Assembly (NCBI GenBank): GCA_046290465.1 | Contig: JBKAGP010000001.1 | Location: 3,136,001-3,200,000 of the forward strand | DNA length: 64,000 nt | Reading direction: 5' to 3' | Source of the DNA: Planctomycetota bacterium | GTDB taxonomy: Bacteria > Planctomycetota > UBA1135 > UBA2386 | Shown: positions 52,412-62,431 of the stretch, one piece after another | How the letters are laid out: every line of letters begins with the position of its first letter | Position numbering within the stretch: the stretch's first letter is position 1 | Position numbers and translations under genes: made by a program | Notes under the pieces: model-generated | Database searches by the model: none | Told to the model about the DNA's origin: nothing | The model's input: the letters and a program-made list of their open reading frames with translations, nothing else

Positions 52412-53388
52412 CCGTTCGAGTCCTCGCGCTTCTTGGTGTTCTCGGAGGCCGACCGCACCATCGGGTGCGACTGGTCGAGCACGATCACGGAGTAGGGGTG
52501 GTCGGCGTACTGGTTCTCACGCTCCTCGATCCGGATCACGCCGCGGTGGCGCAGTTCGTTGATCAGGGCGCGACGCTCGGGGTGCACCAGGCCGCTGAAG
52601 TGTTGGCTCATCGGACCTTTGAGGAACGGCGACAGCCAGACTTCCGAGCTGCCGTGGCGAACCTGCGCGCGCAGGATCAGCTCGACGCACTGGTGCAGGC
52701 GCTCGCCGACGTGCGCGTCCTGCGGCAGCTCGTCGGTGCGCCAGGTGACCGGGATGTGGCCGACGATGGCGGCCTTGTGCGGGTCGTCCTCGGTCGCCTT
52801 CTCGCCCTCCGGCGGCGCCGGCTGCTCGCCCGGCTCGACCTCGGGCGTGCCGTTGGCGGCGGGCGGGGCCGGGGCCGGCTTCGGCGGTGTCTCGATCTCG
52901 ATCAGGTCGAGCGCGTTCCAGAACCGGTCCTTGCCGACGCGCATGCGCAGGTCGCCGGAGGTGCTGTCCGGGATCGCGACGACGCGCAGCTCGCGGTTCT
53001 CCTCGAGCACCTGGCGGGCGATCGGGATGAAGTCGCGGTCGCCGCTGACGATCACGATCGCGTCGATGTCGGGGCGGCGGTAGAGCACGCGGCAGACGTC
53101 GCAGGCGAGCTGCACGTCGGCCGAGTTCTTGCCGGCGTGGCCGACCAGCACGTACTGCGGGTCGAAGCCCATCAGCGCGAGGTCGTGCGCGACCTCCATG
53201 CCCGGATAGGTGTCGAACGCCGCATAGCTGCGGCCGAGCACCATCGGCGCCTTGTCCTGGTGCAGGCGCTCCTTCAGCTGCTCGAGGATGCCGAGCGACA
53301 GTTCGCGGATCCGCAGGCCGCTGAGCTCTTCGCGGTTCTTGAGGGACAGGAACAGGTTCTCGAAATCGACGAAGACGGCTGCATGCAT
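52408..53388 (-). CDS. NYN (PIN-like) domain protein
   Basis: AVFVDFENL, KNSADVQLACD, IVSGDRDF.P. Confidence 0.9.
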   Translation of the reverse strand: MHAAVFVDFENLFLSLKNREELSGLRIRELSLGILEQLKERLHQDKAPMVLGRSYAAFDTYPGMEVAHDLALMGFDPQYVLVGHAGKNSADVQLACDVCRVLYRRPDIDAIVIVSGDRDFIPIARQVLEENRELRVVAIPDSTSGDLRMRVGKDRFWNALDLIEIETPPKPAPAPPAANGTPEVEPGEQPAPPEGEKATEDDPHKAAIVGHIPVTWRTDELPQDAHVGERLHQCVELILRAQVRHGSSEVWLSPFLKGPMSQHFSGLVHPERRALINELRHRGVIRIEERENQYADHPYSVIVLDQSHPMVRSASENTKKREDSNG

Positions 53389-53476
53389 GACAATCGGCGG
53401 ACAGTGGACAGTTCGGACAACATAGCGCGCGCGCGACGCCTGGACGCGCGCGCGGCGGGGCTCGGTCGGCGAGGGG

Positions 53477-55510
53477 TCAGGCCGACGGGAGCGGACCCGG
53501 GACAGTGTCGCCGGGAGCGTCGCCGCCGCCAGCACTATCACGTTCTCGGGGCTGCTCGACCGTAACCGGGTCGTCGCCGCCGAGTTCGGCGTCGTCGTCG
53601 ACCAGATAGGTGTAGGCCGACAGCCCCTCCTCGTAGCGCCGCATCAGCAGCGCCGATTCCTTCATGTTGAGTCGTCGCGCACGCACCGCATCCTCGAGGC
53701 GACGGCGCATGCGGCGGACCAGCTCCTGCTTCTCGTACTGCACGTAGCCGAGCACCTCGGTCACCGAGTCGCCCTCGATGACCCGCTCGATCCGGTAGCC
53801 GTGGTCCTCGTCGCACGACACGTGGATCGCGTTGGTGTCGCCGAACAGGTTGTGCAGGTCGCCGAGGATCTCCTGGTAGGCACCGACCAGGAACATCGCG
53901 ACGTAGTAGGGCTTGCCCGGCGTGATCGGGTGCACCTCGAGCACGTCCTTGACGTCGCGCAGGTCGATGAACTTGTCGACCTTGCCGTCGCTGTCGCAGG
54001 TCAGGTCGACCAGCGTCGCGCGGCGCGTCGGGCGTTCGTGCAGCCGGTGGATCGGCATCGTCGGGAACAGCTGCTTGACCGCCCAGTGGTCCGGCGCCGA
54101 CTGGAACACCGAGAAGTTGCAGTAGTAGGTGTCGGCGAGCGCGCGCTCGAGTCGCTGCAGCTCCTCCGGAACGTACTCGAGCGACGCCGTGATCTGGCGC
54201 AGGCGGCCGCAGATCGCCCAGAACAGGCGCTCCGCGATCGCGCGCCCCTTCAGGTCGAGGTAGCCCAGCGTGAACAGGCTGGTCGCCTCCTCCTTGAGCT
54301 GCAGCGCGTCGTGGTAGCTCTCCTGGAAGTTCTTCAGCGACAGCTGCTCCAGGATCTGCAGCATGTTCGCGATCGTCTGGTTGTCGTACTCGGCCGCGCC
54401 CTCAGGCACGTCGGTGCGCTGGCTCGACACGCCGAGCACGTCGAACACCAGGATCGCGTGGTGCGCCGTCAGCGCGCGCCCCGACTCGCTGACGATGTCC
54501 GGGTGCGGGATGCCCTTGTCGTCGCAGGCCTGCTGCACCGCGAACACCACGTCGTTGGCGTATTCCTGCAGCGAGTAGTTGGCCGAGCTGTGGAAGTTGG
54601 TCTGCGAGCCGTCGTAGTCGACCGCGAGGCCGCCCCCTACGTCGAGGAACTTGAGGCCGGCGCCGAGGTCGTGCAGTTCGGTGTAGAACCGGGTCGCCTC
54701 CTTGAGCGCGTCCTTGATGGCGCGGATCGCCGTGATCTGGCTGCCGATGTGGAAGTGCAGCAGCTCGAGGCAGTCGAGCATGTCGACCTCCTTGAGCCGT
54801 TCGACGACGTCGATGATCTCCCCGGCGGTCAGGCCGAACTTCGACTTCTCGCCGCCCGACTCCTGCCACTTGCCGGCGCCGCGCGACGCGAGCTTGGCCC
54901 GCACGCCGATGTGCGGCCGCAACCCCAGCCGCTGGCTGACCTCGATGACCGCCTCGAGTTCGTCGAAGCGGTCGATCACGATGATCGTGTGCAGGCCCAT
55001 CTTCTTGGCCAGCACCGCGGTCTCGATGTAGCTGAGGTCCTTGTAGCCGTTGCAGATGATCACCCCGTCCGGGTTGGTCATGTGCGCGAGCACGACCAGC
55101 AGCTCGGGCTTGCTGCCGGCCTCGAGGCCGAGCGCGTGGTCGCGCCCGAACTCGACCAGTTCCTCGACGACGTCGCGCTGCTGGTTGACCTTGATCGGGA
55201 ACACCGGCCGGTAGCGCCCCTGGTACGCCCCCTCCTGGATCGCGGTCGCGAACGAACCCGCCAACGCCTGCACGCGCTTCTGCAGGATGTCCGACACGCG
55301 CAGCAGCATCGGCAGCTCGATGCCGCGATTGCGCAGGTCGTCGACCAGCTCCGGCAGCGAGAACTTCGGACCGTCCGCGCCCTGCGGCTGCACCAGCAGC
55401 TCTCCGCGGTCGTTGATCGCGTAGGTGTCGCCGCCCCAAGCGGCCAGCTGGTACAGTTCGACGCTGTCGCGCGTGGTCCACGCGCGCAGCTCCTTCTCGG
55501 GGGTGCTCAA
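53477..55510 (-). CDS. speA: Biosynthetic arginine decarboxylase
   Basis: FPIKVNQ, GLEAGSKPEL, CNGYKD, HFHIGSQ, DVGGGL, ESGRA, TCDSDG, GAYQE..HNLFG; TTG start preceded by AGGAG. Confidence 0.96.
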   Translation of the reverse strand: MSTPEKELRAWTTRDSVELYQLAAWGGDTYAINDRGELLVQPQGADGPKFSLPELVDDLRNRGIELPMLLRVSDILQKRVQALAGSFATAIQEGAYQGRYRPVFPIKVNQQRDVVEELVEFGRDHALGLEAGSKPELLVVLAHMTNPDGVIICNGYKDLSYIETAVLAKKMGLHTIIVIDRFDELEAVIEVSQRLGLRPHIGVRAKLASRGAGKWQESGGEKSKFGLTAGEIIDVVERLKEVDMLDCLELLHFHIGSQITAIRAIKDALKEATRFYTELHDLGAGLKFLDVGGGLAVDYDGSQTNFHSSANYSLQEYANDVVFAVQQACDDKGIPHPDIVSESGRALTAHHAILVFDVLGVSSQRTDVPEGAAEYDNQTIANMLQILEQLSLKNFQESYHDALQLKEEATSLFTLGYLDLKGRAIAERLFWAICGRLRQITASLEYVPEELQRLERALADTYYCNFSVFQSAPDHWAVKQLFPTMPIHRLHERPTRRATLVDLTCDSDGKVDKFIDLRDVKDVLEVHPITPGKPYYVAMFLVGAYQEILGDLHNLFGDTNAIHVSCDEDHGYRIERVIEGDSVTEVLGYVQYEKQELVRRMRRRLEDAVRARRLNMKESALLMRRYEEGLSAYTYLVDDDAELGGDDPVTVEQPRERDSAGGGDAPGDTVPGPLPSA

Positions 55511-55715
55511 CTCGGGAGTGCTCCTGGAACGCTGCCGACCGCAGGCTGCCACGCCGCTGTGGTTCGCCCTGCTCGCGCTTCGCGTTCGCGCGGATTACAC
55601 CCGACGTGGACCGTACCATGCACGGATGACGGGACTTTTTCGTGGCAGCACGAACCGCGCCGGCGCCGCGCGGAGGCTGGCCCGACGGCCGTTCGCAGCT
55701 TAAGGTCCTCGCCCC

Positions 55716-56954
55716 GTGACCACGCCAGAACCGCAACCGAGCCCGCTGCGCAGCCAGGACGCCGAAGTCGCCGACTGGCTCCAGCGGGAGGACAAGCGCC
55801 AGTCCACCACGCTGACGCTGATCGCATCCGAGAACCACTGCTCCGCCGCCGTGCGCGAGACCGGCCACAGTCGCCTGACCGACAAGTACGCCGAGGGCTA
55901 TCCGTCGCGCCGCTACTACGGCGGCTGCGAGGTCGCCGACGCGGTCGAGGACCTCGCCCGTTCGCGCGCCAAGGAGCTGTTCGGGGCCGAGGCCGCCAAC
56001 GTGCAGCCGCACTCGGGCACCACCGCCAACCTGTCGGCGCTGATGGCGCTCGCGGGCACCAACGGCAAGATCGTCGGCATGTCGCTCAAGGACGGCGGGC
56101 ACCTCAGCCACGGCCACCCGAAGAGCCACACCGGCATGCTGTTCGAGCCGAAGCAGTACGGCGTCGACGCCGACGGCCGGATCGACATGGACGAGGTGCG
56201 CGACCTCTGCAAGGAACACCAGCCCAAGGTCCTGATCGCCGGCGGCAGCGCCTATGCCCGCGTGATCGACTACCAGGCGTTCGCCGACATCGCCAAGGAG
56301 GTCGGCGCCTACCTGCTGGCCGACATCGCGCACCCGGCCGGCCTGATCGCCGCCGGCGTGCTGCCGAGCCCGGTCGGCATCGCCGACGTGGTGACGATGA
56401 CCACGCACAAGACGCTGCGCGGCCCGCGCGGCGGCATGATCCTGGCGAGCGAAGAGGTCGCCAAGAAGATCAACTCGTCGGTGTTCCCCGGCTCGCAGGG
56501 CGGCCCGATCATGCAGCAGATCGCCGGCAAGGCGGTCGCGTTCGGCGAAGCGCTGCAGCCCGCGTTCCGCGACTACCAGCAGCAGGTCAAGGCCAACGCC
56601 GCGCACCTCGCCGCGTGCCTGCAGAACGCCGGCCTCAAGATCGTCTCCGGCGGCACCGACAACCACATCGTGCTGGTCGACCTGCAGGGAACGGACGTGA
56701 CCGGCGCCGACGTCGAGGAACGCGCGCTGGTCGCCGGCCTCGCGGTCAACAAGAACGCGGTGCCCAACGACCCGCGCCCGCCGATGGTCACCTCCGGCCT
56801 GCGCCTGGGCACGCCGGCGGTCACGACCCGCGGTTTCGGCACCGCCGAAATCGACGCCGTCGCAGATATCGTGATCGGACTGGTGCGCGGGGAGGACCCG
56901 CAGCGCTATCGTTCGATCGTGCAGGAACTCTGCGAAGCGCACCCGCTGCCGTAG
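55716..56954 (+). CDS. glyA: Serine hydroxymethyltransferase
   Basis: LIASEN, KYAEGYP.RRYYGG, NVQPHSG, GGHLSHG, TTHKTLRGPRGG, GGTDNH. Confidence 0.97.
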   Translation: MTTPEPQPSPLRSQDAEVADWLQREDKRQSTTLTLIASENHCSAAVRETGHSRLTDKYAEGYPSRRYYGGCEVADAVEDLARSRAKELFGAEAANVQPHSGTTANLSALMALAGTNGKIVGMSLKDGGHLSHGHPKSHTGMLFEPKQYGVDADGRIDMDEVRDLCKEHQPKVLIAGGSAYARVIDYQAFADIAKEVGAYLLADIAHPAGLIAAGVLPSPVGIADVVTMTTHKTLRGPRGGMILASEEVAKKINSSVFPGSQGGPIMQQIAGKAVAFGEALQPAFRDYQQQVKANAAHLAACLQNAGLKIVSGGTDNHIVLVDLQGTDVTGADVEERALVAGLAVNKNAVPNDPRPPMVTSGLRLGTPAVTTRGFGTAEIDAVADIVIGLVRGEDPQRYRSIVQELCEAHPLP

Positions 56955-57020
56955 ACCTGCGCCGACCGCGGCGCCTGCCGCGGCGCCCTGTGTCTCCAAC
57001 GCTCCCCTGACCTCGCACCC

Positions 57021-57656
57021 TTGTCCCGCTCGTCGGACAATGTGTCCCGCGACCTCGCCACGTTGCGGCTGCTGAAGGCCGGCGACGCCCAAGGGCTCGC
57101 CCGGCTGATCGAGGACCACGGACCGCACGTGCAGGCCCACCTGCGGCGCAAGTTCCACGGCACGCTCGACCGCTGGCAGATCGAGGATGCGGTCAGCCTC
57201 GCGGCGATCCGGGCCTGGCAGTCGGCCCACCGGTTCGACCCCGAGCTCGGCCGGCTGCGCGCCTGGTTCGCGGTGATCGCCCGCAACTGCGCACTGAGCC
57301 TGGTGGCGCAGCGGCGCAGCGAACGCACCGTCGCGATCGACGACCTCGATCCGGCCGTATTCGGCTACACCGCGGTGGACGAGGTCGAACGCATGCGGCT
57401 GGTGCTCGACGTGCACCGTGCCATCGAGACCCTGCCCAACCTGCAGCGCCTGGTCCTGCTCGCCGACCTCAACGCCGGCGAACCGCTGCCCGGCCCGGAG
57501 CTGGCGCGCCGCTTCGGCTCGGCCCTCTCCAGCATCTACGTGGCCCGCCTCCGCGGCCGCCGCCGCCTGCGCAAGCTGCTACACCGGATGGGGTATGGGC
57601 CTGGACGACGGCGCAATGATCGGCCACCATTGGGGCCGGAGAGTGCTGCCCAGTGA
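57021..57656 (+). CDS. ECF sigma factor
   Basis: EDAV..RAW..RFDPELGRLRAWF..IARN; LPNLQR; C-terminal HTH; start could be 57021 or 57042. Confidence 0.85.
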   Translation: MSRSSDNVSRDLATLRLLKAGDAQGLARLIEDHGPHVQAHLRRKFHGTLDRWQIEDAVSLAAIRAWQSAHRFDPELGRLRAWFAVIARNCALSLVAQRRSERTVAIDDLDPAVFGYTAVDEVERMRLVLDVHRAIETLPNLQRLVLLADLNAGEPLPGPELARRFGSALSSIYVARLRGRRRLRKLLHRMGYGPGRRRNDRPPLGPESAAQ

Positions 57657-58357
57657 GCCGAAGAAGAGAACGGGAAGAGGACGACGCGCTCTGGCAGCGC
57701 ATCCAAGATGCGAACACCCCGTCGCGAGCCGAGATGGCGCGCGCCGAGCTGGAGTTGCAGACCGTAGAGCCGGATCCGACGTTTGCCGTCGATGCGGTTC
57801 GGTTGAGTACTGCGGCGGCGCCGGTGCGGAAGCGGGGTGGGCGCTCTCGGTGGATGACCGCAGCAGCCGCACTACTGGTGGTCTGCGGCGTGGCCTTCGT
57901 AGGCAAACCCTATTGGGATCAGCCATTCACCGAGGGACGCAGCTTCGATGACATCCTTGCCCTCATCGAACTCCCGCCGGACCGACAGAATGCTCAGCTA
58001 GCCGTAGGCCCGGTATCGGATGTGTGCCTGCGCTGCGTACGAACGCTGCGCAAGCTCGGCGAACACGAGTATCCCTCGGTTGCCGACGCAGCGAAGGCAT
58101 CACTGGACCGCTTCCGAACGGGAGAGGCCCAAGACGTTGGGCGTCCCTACACCAGCTACGTCGCCGCGGTATTCCTTGCGCGGGACGAGCAAGCATCGGA
58201 AGCGGACCTGTTGGACGCCGTCGTCAGCCTGGAGAGCCTCGGCTGCCTGTGCCTCAAAGCCATGAAGGCGTTCGAGGCACACCCTGAGTCAGATGCTGGC
58301 TTGATGCTCGCCGTCGACCTCGACAAGTTCGCGAAGGTCGTTGGGATCAAGGACTGA
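57653..58357 (+). CDS. Putative anti-sigma factor (single TM)
   Basis: GTGA overlap with the sigma gene; short cytoplasmic N-terminus, one TM segment, helical extracytoplasmic part. Confidence 0.6.
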   Translation: MSRRREREEDDALWQRIQDANTPSRAEMARAELELQTVEPDPTFAVDAVRLSTAAAPVRKRGGRSRWMTAAAALLVVCGVAFVGKPYWDQPFTEGRSFDDILALIELPPDRQNAQLAVGPVSDVCLRCVRTLRKLGEHEYPSVADAAKASLDRFRTGEAQDVGRPYTSYVAAVFLARDEQASEADLLDAVVSLESLGCLCLKAMKAFEAHPESDAGLMLAVDLDKFAKVVGIKD

Positions 58358-58705
58358 GAAGCGGCCCTTCGCCGAACCGATTGGACGCATCAGCTCAGCC
58401 GCTCCCGGTCCGTAGAAGTAGGCTCGATCCCAGTCGCCATCGACAACCCACTCGACCGTCCCCTGGCCGTTCGCGTCGAGGGTGACATCGATCGAGACCT
58501 CCTCGTCGAACGGAGCCGCAGCGCCGTTCGAAATCGTGATGGTGATGGTCTCGCCGGCTCGCGACGGATCCGAGTATTCGATCTTCACCGTCTCCCCAGC
58601 CTGCAGCACCCCCGAGGTGCCGAGGTTGAGCTGCTGCGCCGTCGCCATCGACGTGAGCACGAACAGGGTGAATAGAATGGAGAACTTGGTGCGAAACGTA
58701 TTCAT
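58289..58705 (-). CDS. Small secreted Ig-like beta protein
   Basis: Signal peptide MNTFRTKFSILFTLFVLTSMATA; AGETVKIEYSDPSRAGETITITISNG..VTLDANGQGTVEW. Confidence 0.7.
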   Translation of the reverse strand: MNTFRTKFSILFTLFVLTSMATAQQLNLGTSGVLQAGETVKIEYSDPSRAGETITITISNGAAAPFDEEVSIDVTLDANGQGTVEWVVDGDWDRAYFYGPGAAELMRPIGSAKGRFSVLDPNDLRELVEVDGEHQASI

Positions 58706-58855
58706 GGGCTTCTTTTCCCCGCTCCGGCGCACGCCGGACCAAGGTTTGGAAGGATCCCATGGAAAACCCTGAGAGGTCGGCAGGGCGCTTGCGGTCCCCT
58801 GCCGCAACGGCCCTTCGCAGCGACCGATTGCCGCGCCGACACGCGCGCCGTTTTT

Positions 58856-58942
58856 CTAGGAGCGCGTCCATGCAGTGGACGCGCTGCCAACCGGGATCGC
58901 GAAAGCGGCGTCGACGCGTGCGGACTGGGCTTTGCCCGCTAG
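58856..58942. repeat. 87-bp CTAG-bounded hairpin repeat, copy 1
   Basis: Matches 61192-61278 at 78 of 87 positions (manual alignment); contains AGCGCGTCCA-N5-TGGACGCGCT. Confidence 0.9.
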
Positions 58943-59176
58943 CGCGGCTCGGGCATCAGCGGCGCGCTCCCGCGCCGCGCCGGGACGCAGCGCCCCTCCT
59001 GGCCGCCGGCGCAGCAAACCTTGCCCTCGCCCTGGTCGCGCAGCTGCACGAGCGAGCCCGGCAGCGGGATTGGCGTCGAGGGCCATGGACACCACAACGG
59101 ACGCATCGGCGACTCCGGGTTCGCGAAGATTTGGGGACATCCCGGCCGCATGGGCAACCCGTAGGATCACCACCGC

Positions 59177-61195
59177 ATGCTCGCTCCCCTGTTGGCCGCA
59201 TTCTCGCTCTCCCTCGCCCCACCGGCACCGACCTGGGCGGACATCCCACAGGACCCGCCGCGGGTCGCGTGGCAGCGCAGCCTCGACGACGCGCTGGCGC
59301 TGCAGCAGCAGACCGGGCTGCCGCTGCTGATCGCGGTCAACATGGACGGCGAGGTGTTCAACGAACGGTTCGCCGGCACTACCTACAAGAGCCGCGCGTT
59401 CGTCGAGTCGACCAAGGGCTACGTCTGCGTCATCGCGTCGCCCAACCGTCACACCGAGAGCGACTACGACGCGCTCGGCAACCGCATCGAGTGCCCGCGC
59501 TTCGGCGGCTGCACCTGCAGCGAGCACATCAACATCGAGCCGGAGCTGTTCCGCCGCTACTTCAACGGCAACCGCAACGCGCCGCGCCACGTCGGCGTCG
59601 GCACCGACGGCGAGATCCTCTACGACCGCTTCCTCGACCGCAGCATGCAGACCGCGATCGACGCGATCGCCAAGCACCGCGGCGACGCCGAGCCGGCCCA
59701 CCTGAAGCCGACCGACGACGTCGCCGAGATGTTCCGTCGTCGCGACGCGATGGCGCGCTCGCTGCTCGAACAGCGCTACCGCAAGGCAGACGCCTCGGGG
59801 CGGCGCGAACTGCTGCAGCGCGCGGCGAAGGCCGACAACGACCCGGTCGACCTGCTGCGCATGGGGCTGCGTGATCCGGACGGAGACCTGGTCGGCCTGG
59901 CGGCGATCGCGCTCGGCCAGGTCGGCGGCAGCAACGCGCTGATCGACATCGAGGACGCGCTGGCGCGCGTCGAGGACCAGCAGATCCGCGCGCAGCTGGT
60001 CGAGCAGCTGCAGAAGCTCGGGCGCACCGACAAGGCCGCGGCGCGCATGGCCGCGCACTTCTCGCGCGAGGCCGAGCAGGCGCCGCAGCCGTGGCGCAAC
60101 GAGTGGCGCAGCGGCGATCTGCTGCAGGGCCGCGAGGGCATCGAACGGGAGCTGGACCGGGTCGAGGGTGCGATCGGCAAGAACCCGAAGGACGACACGC
60201 TGCGGTTCGAACTCGCGACCGCCCAGGCCGCGTTCGCGACCATGCTGATGCAGGAGGGCGGCGCCGGCATCGAGTTCTGGCTGACCGACGCCGCCAACAA
60301 CGTCGGCAAGGTCTCCGCCGAGGAGCTGCGCGCCGAGGCGCGGGCGCTGACCGCGATCGTGGCGTGGTACCGTTCGGACGCCGAACTCGCGCAGCGGGCC
60401 GCGACCGAAGCGCTCACCGAGACCGCCAGCGCGCGCCGCCCGGACGCCTGGCTGGCCGCGAACTTCTTCGACGTGCTGCTGCAGCTGTCGGCCCAGAGCG
60501 CCTATGCACGCGCGCAGCAGGACGAGCAGACAAGCCTCGCCGGCGAGATCGCGCGCGCCCACACCGCGCTCGCGCTACTCGAGGACCGCGACGCCGGCCA
60601 GCAGCGCGGCCTGCTCGCCGGCATCGGCCTGCTCGAGTTCGCCGGCCTGCGCGCCGAGGCCCGCGGCCACCTCGAACGGCTGGTGCAGCGGTTTCCGGCG
60701 TCGCTCGACGTGCACAACCGGTGGCGCAACCGGATGCTGATCGACTGGGGGGCCGAGCGCATGCGGCACCGCTACGCCAAGTACGCGAGCGACGCCGACG
60801 ACCGGGCGACGGCCGAGTGGTATGCGGGCTACGCCGCGCTGGTGGCCGGGGACCGTCACACCCAGGACGAGCGCCGCATCGAGGCCGACAACGCCTACAC
60901 CGACGCGATCGAACGGTTCGCGCGCAGCGCCGCAGCCAACGCCGACTACGCCGACTCGTCCAACCACTACGCGGTGTTCGCGCTGGCCGGCCGGGCTCTG
61001 GTCCGGCACGGACGCGGCCAGAGCAAGGCCGCGGTCGACGACCTGGTGCGCGCCGCCGAGCTGCGACCGGAGACCCTGGACCTCGACGACAGCCTGCAGC
61101 GCAAGCCACGCGGGATCGCGATCCGCGTGCACGGCGAGCTGCAGAAGGCCGGCAAGGCCGAACTCGCCGCCCGCCTGCAGCCGCTGCTGCCCTTG
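59177..61195 (+). CDS. Secreted thioredoxin-like plus HEAT/TPR helical protein (stop probably lost; frame reads on to 62431)
   Basis: Signal peptide; VAWQRSLDDAL..GLPLLIAVNMD Trx-like start; helical repeats. Coding character stops at LQPLLP, where repeat copy 2 begins. Confidence 0.7.
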
Positions 61196-61278
61196 GAGCG
61201 CGTCCATGTAGTGGACGCGCTGCCGACCGTGATCGCGGAAGCGGCGTGTACGCGTGCGGACGGGGCTTTGCCCCCTAG
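61192..61278. repeat. 87-bp hairpin repeat, copy 2
   Basis: Direct repeat of 58856-58942; left end is CTTG rather than CTAG. Confidence 0.9.
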
Positions 61279-61340
61279 CCATGCCCCTGCCGGGGACCGG
61301 GGCTTGCCTCGACCCCATATTTTAGTTACTACTCAACCTT

Positions 61341-61673
61341 GTGACGACGACCCTGATCAAGACGCTGCACAACCCGCGCCGCCGCGAGATCCTGCGGCTG
61401 TGCTGGCAGCAGCCGATCCAGGCGAGCGCCATCCACGAGGCGCTCGGCGACGTCACGTTCGGCGCGGTGTCGCAGCACCTCAAGCAGCTGCGCGACGCCG
61501 GCCTCGTCGACGTGCAGCGCGACGGCCGGCGGCGGCTGTATCGCGCGCGGCGCACCGCCCTGGGACCGTTCCGCCGGTGGCTGGAGTCCACCTGGGACGA
61601 CGCCCTCTACCGCCTCAAGCTCGCCGCCGAGCTCGAAGCCTCCCGCCGCGGCCCCGCCGCCTCGACGCCGTGA
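61341..61673 (+). CDS. ArsR/SmtB family transcriptional regulator
   Basis: L.NPRRREILRL..VSQHLKQLRDAGLV..RDGRRRLYR..WDDAL.RLK. Confidence 0.9.
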   Translation: MTTTLIKTLHNPRRREILRLCWQQPIQASAIHEALGDVTFGAVSQHLKQLRDAGLVDVQRDGRRRLYRARRTALGPFRRWLESTWDDALYRLKLAAELEASRRGPAASTP

Positions 61674-62431
61674 CCTACCCCCACTCCCTCGATCGTTCTC
61701 TGGTGATCTGCGCGCCGCGCGACGTCGTGTTCCGCTACTTCGTCGACAGCGAACGGTTCGCCACTTGGTGGGGCGCGGGCTCGACGATCGACGCCAAGGT
61801 CGGCGGCGACGTGCGCATCGTCTATCCCAACCAGGTCGTCGTCACCGGCAGCGTGCAGCAGCTCGAACCCGATCGCCGCATCGTGTTCACCTACGGCTAC
61901 CAGGACGAGGGCAAGCCGATCGCGCCCGGCGACTCGCTGGTCACGATCGAGCTCGAGGACCACGTCGACGGCACGCTGCTGAAGCTGCGTCACGACCTGC
62001 GCGAACAGGTCGCGCGGGACCAGCACGTGCCCGGCTGGCGCTTCCAGCTGGCGCAGTTCGCCAACGTCGTCGGCAGAGAGCAGCAGGCCGATGCCAACGC
62101 GCACGCCGACGCCTGGTTCGAAGCGTGGTTCGAGACCGACCCCGAGCGCCGCGCCGAACTGCTGCGATCGTGCGCCAGCGACGACGTGACGATGCAGGAC
62201 GGCTATGCGGCCGTGCAGGGTCGCGACGAGCTGAGCGAACACATCGCCGCGTGCCAGCAGCACATGTCGAGCGCGTGCATGCGTCGCGACGGCGACGTGC
62301 GGGCGTGCCAGGGCACCGGGCTGTGCAACTGGGAGGCGCTGGACGCGGACGGGAACAAGACCAGCGGCGGCGTCAACGTGCTCCGGTTCGCGCCCGACGG
62401 GCGGATCCGCGGCGTCGTCGGCATCTGGTGA
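61670..62431 (+). CDS. SRPBCC (Aha1-like) domain fused to a SnoaL/NTF2-like domain
   Basis: ICAPRDVVF..WWG..IDAKVGG..EPDRRIVFT..SLVTIEL..GT.L.LRH..GW; then AWFETD..GRDEL..DGRIRGVVG; GTGA overlap with the ArsR gene. Confidence 0.85.
   Translation: MTYPHSLDRSLVICAPRDVVFRYFVDSERFATWWGAGSTIDAKVGGDVRIVYPNQVVVTGSVQQLEPDRRIVFTYGYQDEGKPIAPGDSLVTIELEDHVDGTLLKLRHDLREQVARDQHVPGWRFQLAQFANVVGREQQADANAHADAWFEAWFETDPERRAELLRSCASDDVTMQDGYAAVQGRDELSEHIAACQQHMSSACMRRDGDVRACQGTGLCNWEALDADGNKTSGGVNVLRFAPDGRIRGVVGIW

Noticed and set aside
55553..55715. ZTP or glycine riboswitch upstream of glyA
   Set aside because: Only small hairpins are present; I could not find the conserved cores of either riboswitch. An Rfam scan would settle it.
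59177..62431. 1084-aa ORF as a genuine multidomain protein
   Set aside because: Its middle part translates a repeat element and the alternate frame of a clear ArsR gene; it is better explained by a lost stop codon.
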